This document shows, one piece after another, positions 61,484 to 64,000 of a stretch of 64,000 nucleotides of DNA (position 1 is the stretch's first letter; each line of letters begins with the position of its first letter). Source of the DNA: Lachnospiraceae bacterium (GTDB lineage: Bacteria; Bacillota; Clostridia; Lachnospirales; Lachnospiraceae); the NCBI GenBank assembly GCA_017521605.1, contig JAFXCD010000037.1:4002-68001 (forward strand), written 5' to 3'. The position numbers and the translations under genes are program-made. The notes under the pieces were generated by a model. The model was not told the DNA's origin. It did not search any database and was given only the letters and a program-made list of their open reading frames with translations.

Positions 61484-62903
61484 GATGCGTTTCCTCCTTT
61501 ACTTTCACATTTTTACGATTCTTTGCAATCTGCAGAATATCCTTTATGGAAAGTACTTTTCCATTATAGAATATCAGGGATTCATAAACCTTTGCAGTAA
61601 AAGAGAACATAAAGCCTGTTACTACAATCAATATAGCCATACTGATTAGAGCTATGCTCATACTGATTTTACCTAATAATACACTTGCCGGTACCACAAA
61701 AGGAGAGGATATAGGGAACAGACTACATAAATATATAAACAACTGATTATCTCCCCCATTTACCATCACAATACACATACCCAAACCTATGTACGAACCT
61801 ACAATAATCAATAAATTGTATATTTTCATTCCTTCGGTAATCTCATCCATCTTGCTTACAGAAGCACCGGCCAGACCGGCCAGAATACAATAAAACAATA
61901 TTCCGCATAAAATAACTACCAGTGCTACCAATACTTCTCCCGGAGAAATCTCTGATATTAATTTTATTATAGCTGATATTTCTACCGTACCTTCCTCCAT
62001 ACCGGTATCCACAAGCACTTTATTGTATTCATTTCCAAACAATACCAGCTTTAACAAAGATGAAATACCATAGCTAATCCCCAGTACTACAAATTGTATT
62101 ACTACCATCAATAGAGAAGACAGTATTTTTCCTGTCAGCAATGCCATGGGACGAACATTAATCATTAAATATTCTACTACCTTTGTAGATTTTTCCGTTA
62201 CCACTGACATAGCCACACTACTACCACATAAGGTGACTATCATCATAACTCCCATTATCAGAAAAAGTAACAGCATGTACTCTTCCATGGATATTGCCTC
62301 ATTTTTTTCCTTTTCCGGTATAATTTCACCAGTCTCTGTTATAAACTCCAGTTTTGTACTAACCGGTTGGTTGTAGAAATCTAATTGCTCTTCGCTTACT
62401 TCTATGGCACCGATTCTGGCTTCATCAAAAAAAGCCACAAAAGTATCCGCCAGTTTCTGACAGTCCTCATTGCTTAACGCTGCATTGGAGGCCTTTACAA
62501 AGGTCATATTAAAATATCCTGCTTCCTCGAATACCAGCTTTACTATAATTTCTGTGCTCTTTTCACTTTCCTTATCTTTGCTCTGTTCCTCCAGAAGCTT
62601 TACATGCTCCTCATAGGTCTTTGTGGGTGTAGTAATAATATTAACATCCTCAAATCCTTCTTCTGATAAAGCACTTGCATAATCTATATGCAACCCCACC
62701 TCATCATATATGGTAAAATCTGTTACTTCGCAATGGTACACATCTTCACTCTTCACATTATTGATAAATGCTATAACCGGCTGAGAAAGAATTAATACCA
62801 CACTCGCTATAATTAAGAAGCCATAGTAAGCCTTTTCCTTCATACCCTGCTTCAGGGAAAAACAAAAAACCTCCTGCCACCCCAGATAATCACTCTTCTT
62901 CAT
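61476..62903 (-). CDS. ABC-2 permease (NatB/YhaP-like)
   Basis: EKSTKVVEYL, GKIL, PISSP. Confidence 0.88.
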   Translation of the reverse strand: MKKSDYLGWQEVFCFSLKQGMKEKAYYGFLIIASVVLILSQPVIAFINNVKSEDVYHCEVTDFTIYDEVGLHIDYASALSEEGFEDVNIITTPTKTYEEHVKLLEEQSKDKESEKSTEIIVKLVFEEAGYFNMTFVKASNAALSNEDCQKLADTFVAFFDEARIGAIEVSEEQLDFYNQPVSTKLEFITETGEIIPEKEKNEAISMEEYMLLLFLIMGVMMIVTLCGSSVAMSVVTEKSTKVVEYLMINVRPMALLTGKILSSLLMVVIQFVVLGISYGISSLLKLVLFGNEYNKVLVDTGMEEGTVEISAIIKLISEISPGEVLVALVVILCGILFYCILAGLAGASVSKMDEITEGMKIYNLLIIVGSYIGLGMCIVMVNGGDNQLFIYLCSLFPISSPFVVPASVLLGKISMSIALISMAILIVVTGFMFSFTAKVYESLIFYNGKVLSIKDILQIAKNRKNVKVKEETHHE

Positions 62904-63834
62904 TGGCTGCCCCTGCTTTCTCTACGAAAATTTCGTGCAAAGAAGGTTCACGCAATTCGAAGCGGATTACCCTTTTGTTTTCTTTTAACAAATCAGCCAA
63001 AAAAGCACTAGCCTGCTCTTCGCTTGATACCTTCAGCTGTATTCCATCCGGCGTATCATTTACAACGGGAAGTGCATGCTTCTCAATGATATCTGCAAAG
63101 GGTTCATCACATTTTACCATCATATTCACACGTCCATAGCCCTTTTTAATTTCATTCAAATCACCCTGAAGCACTGCCTTACCACGATTCAAAATTGTGA
63201 TATCCTTGCAGAACTCTTCGATGGTAGCCATCTGGTGGGATGACATTATCAAATATTTTCCCTTCTCGATTTCTTCACGTATAATTCCCTTGAACAGATC
63301 GGTATTTACCGGATCCAAACCGCTTAAAGGCTCATCCAGAATCAGTAGTTCTGGCTCAGAAAGCAATGCTGCCATAAGCTGAATCTTCTGCTGGTTACCC
63401 TTGGAAAGCTGCTCTGCTGTTTTGGGCTTCTCCGGCTTTTTACCCTTTACCTTTTTAGGCGGATACAGATATTCCTCCACCTCCAAGCGCTCTGCCCAGT
63501 ATTTAATTCTCTTTTTCGCTGTTTCACGGTCTACACCCTTCAATTTCGCAAAATAAAGCAATTGATCCATCAAAGTATATTTAGGGTAAAGACCTCTTTC
63601 CTCCGCCAGATAACCCACGTTCATATTCATGGGCTCCATCTGTTTACCGTTCCATAAAACATCTCCGCTATCCTTAGCCAACATCCCTAAAATCATACGT
63701 ATGGATGTAGTTTTACCGGCTCCGTTGGTTCCCAAAAGTGCATACACACCCGGTTCCTTCAATTCAAAAGACAGGTTATCTACAACTGTCTTGGTGCCAT
63801 AAGTTTTAGTTAGGTTTTTAACTTCTAATGACAT
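62890..63834 (-). CDS. ABC ATP-binding protein (YhaQ/NatA-like)
   Basis: GTNGAGKT, LSKGNQQK, LDEP, SSH, PSLHEIF; RBS AGGAGG before 63834. Confidence 0.92.
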   Translation of the reverse strand: MSLEVKNLTKTYGTKTVVDNLSFELKEPGVYALLGTNGAGKTTSIRMILGMLAKDSGDVLWNGKQMEPMNMNVGYLAEERGLYPKYTLMDQLLYFAKLKGVDRETAKKRIKYWAERLEVEEYLYPPKKVKGKKPEKPKTAEQLSKGNQQKIQLMAALLSEPELLILDEPLSGLDPVNTDLFKGIIREEIEKGKYLIMSSHQMATIEEFCKDITILNRGKAVLQGDLNEIKKGYGRVNMMVKCDEPFADIIEKHALPVVNDTPDGIQLKVSSEEQASAFLADLLKENKRVIRFELREPSLHEIFVEKAGAANEEE

Positions 63835-63908
63835 TTTCTCCTCCTTGTTTTGGTCCGTGTCGGAAGATATACCTGTCACTCACACACTGGATAAAAAACA
63901 TTCTCCTC

Positions 63909-63959
63909 AATATGTATGCCTCTGCTCGGACATATCTGTCCGTCAGTGTCATACATATT
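63909..63959. repeat. Bulged hairpin (REP-like)
   Basis: AATATGTATG...CGGACA-TATC-TGTCCG...CATACATATT. Confidence 0.55.
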
Positions 63960-64000
63960 TCGTCGTCTATTGTTTTATACAGTGTATTACGTGACAAGTA

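Overview
64 kb of a low-GC Firmicute chromosome. Gene content and repeat style suggest Clostridia, probably Lachnospiraceae (inference). Most genes are on the minus strand. The housekeeping backbone includes murB, ROK kinase, hprK, uvrC, ftsH, trxA, trmB, a D,D-carboxypeptidase, a TPP-riboswitch thiSFGHEDC operon, a DEDDh exonuclease, proS, ABC transporters, two RluA synthases, a two-component system and perR-reverse rubrerythrin. It is interrupted by AT-rich runs of short co-oriented accessory genes (about 5.2-15.9 kb, 29.9-38.4 kb, plus single inserts at 41.8 and 51.4-53.5 kb). These runs are rich in orphan polymorphic-toxin immunity-type families (SMI1/KNR4, DUF2185, barstar, YwqG/DUF1963, CdiI-like, Imm49-like), with no cognate toxin or integrase in the window. 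The most interesting signal is a recurring imperfect inverted-repeat site at gene junctions (AAYTTCAA...variable centre...TGAAAKT). One copy has an 11-7-11 recombinase-core shape and is duplicated 20 kb away (26/28 identity), suggesting an integron-like cassette system with non-attC sites. One cassette block sits between a proline T-box and proS, 4.7 kb apart. Several genes, including thiC, survive only as start-plus-end remnants after internal deletions. No rRNA, tRNA, CRISPR array or transposase was seen. Family names come from recognised motifs, not database searches.
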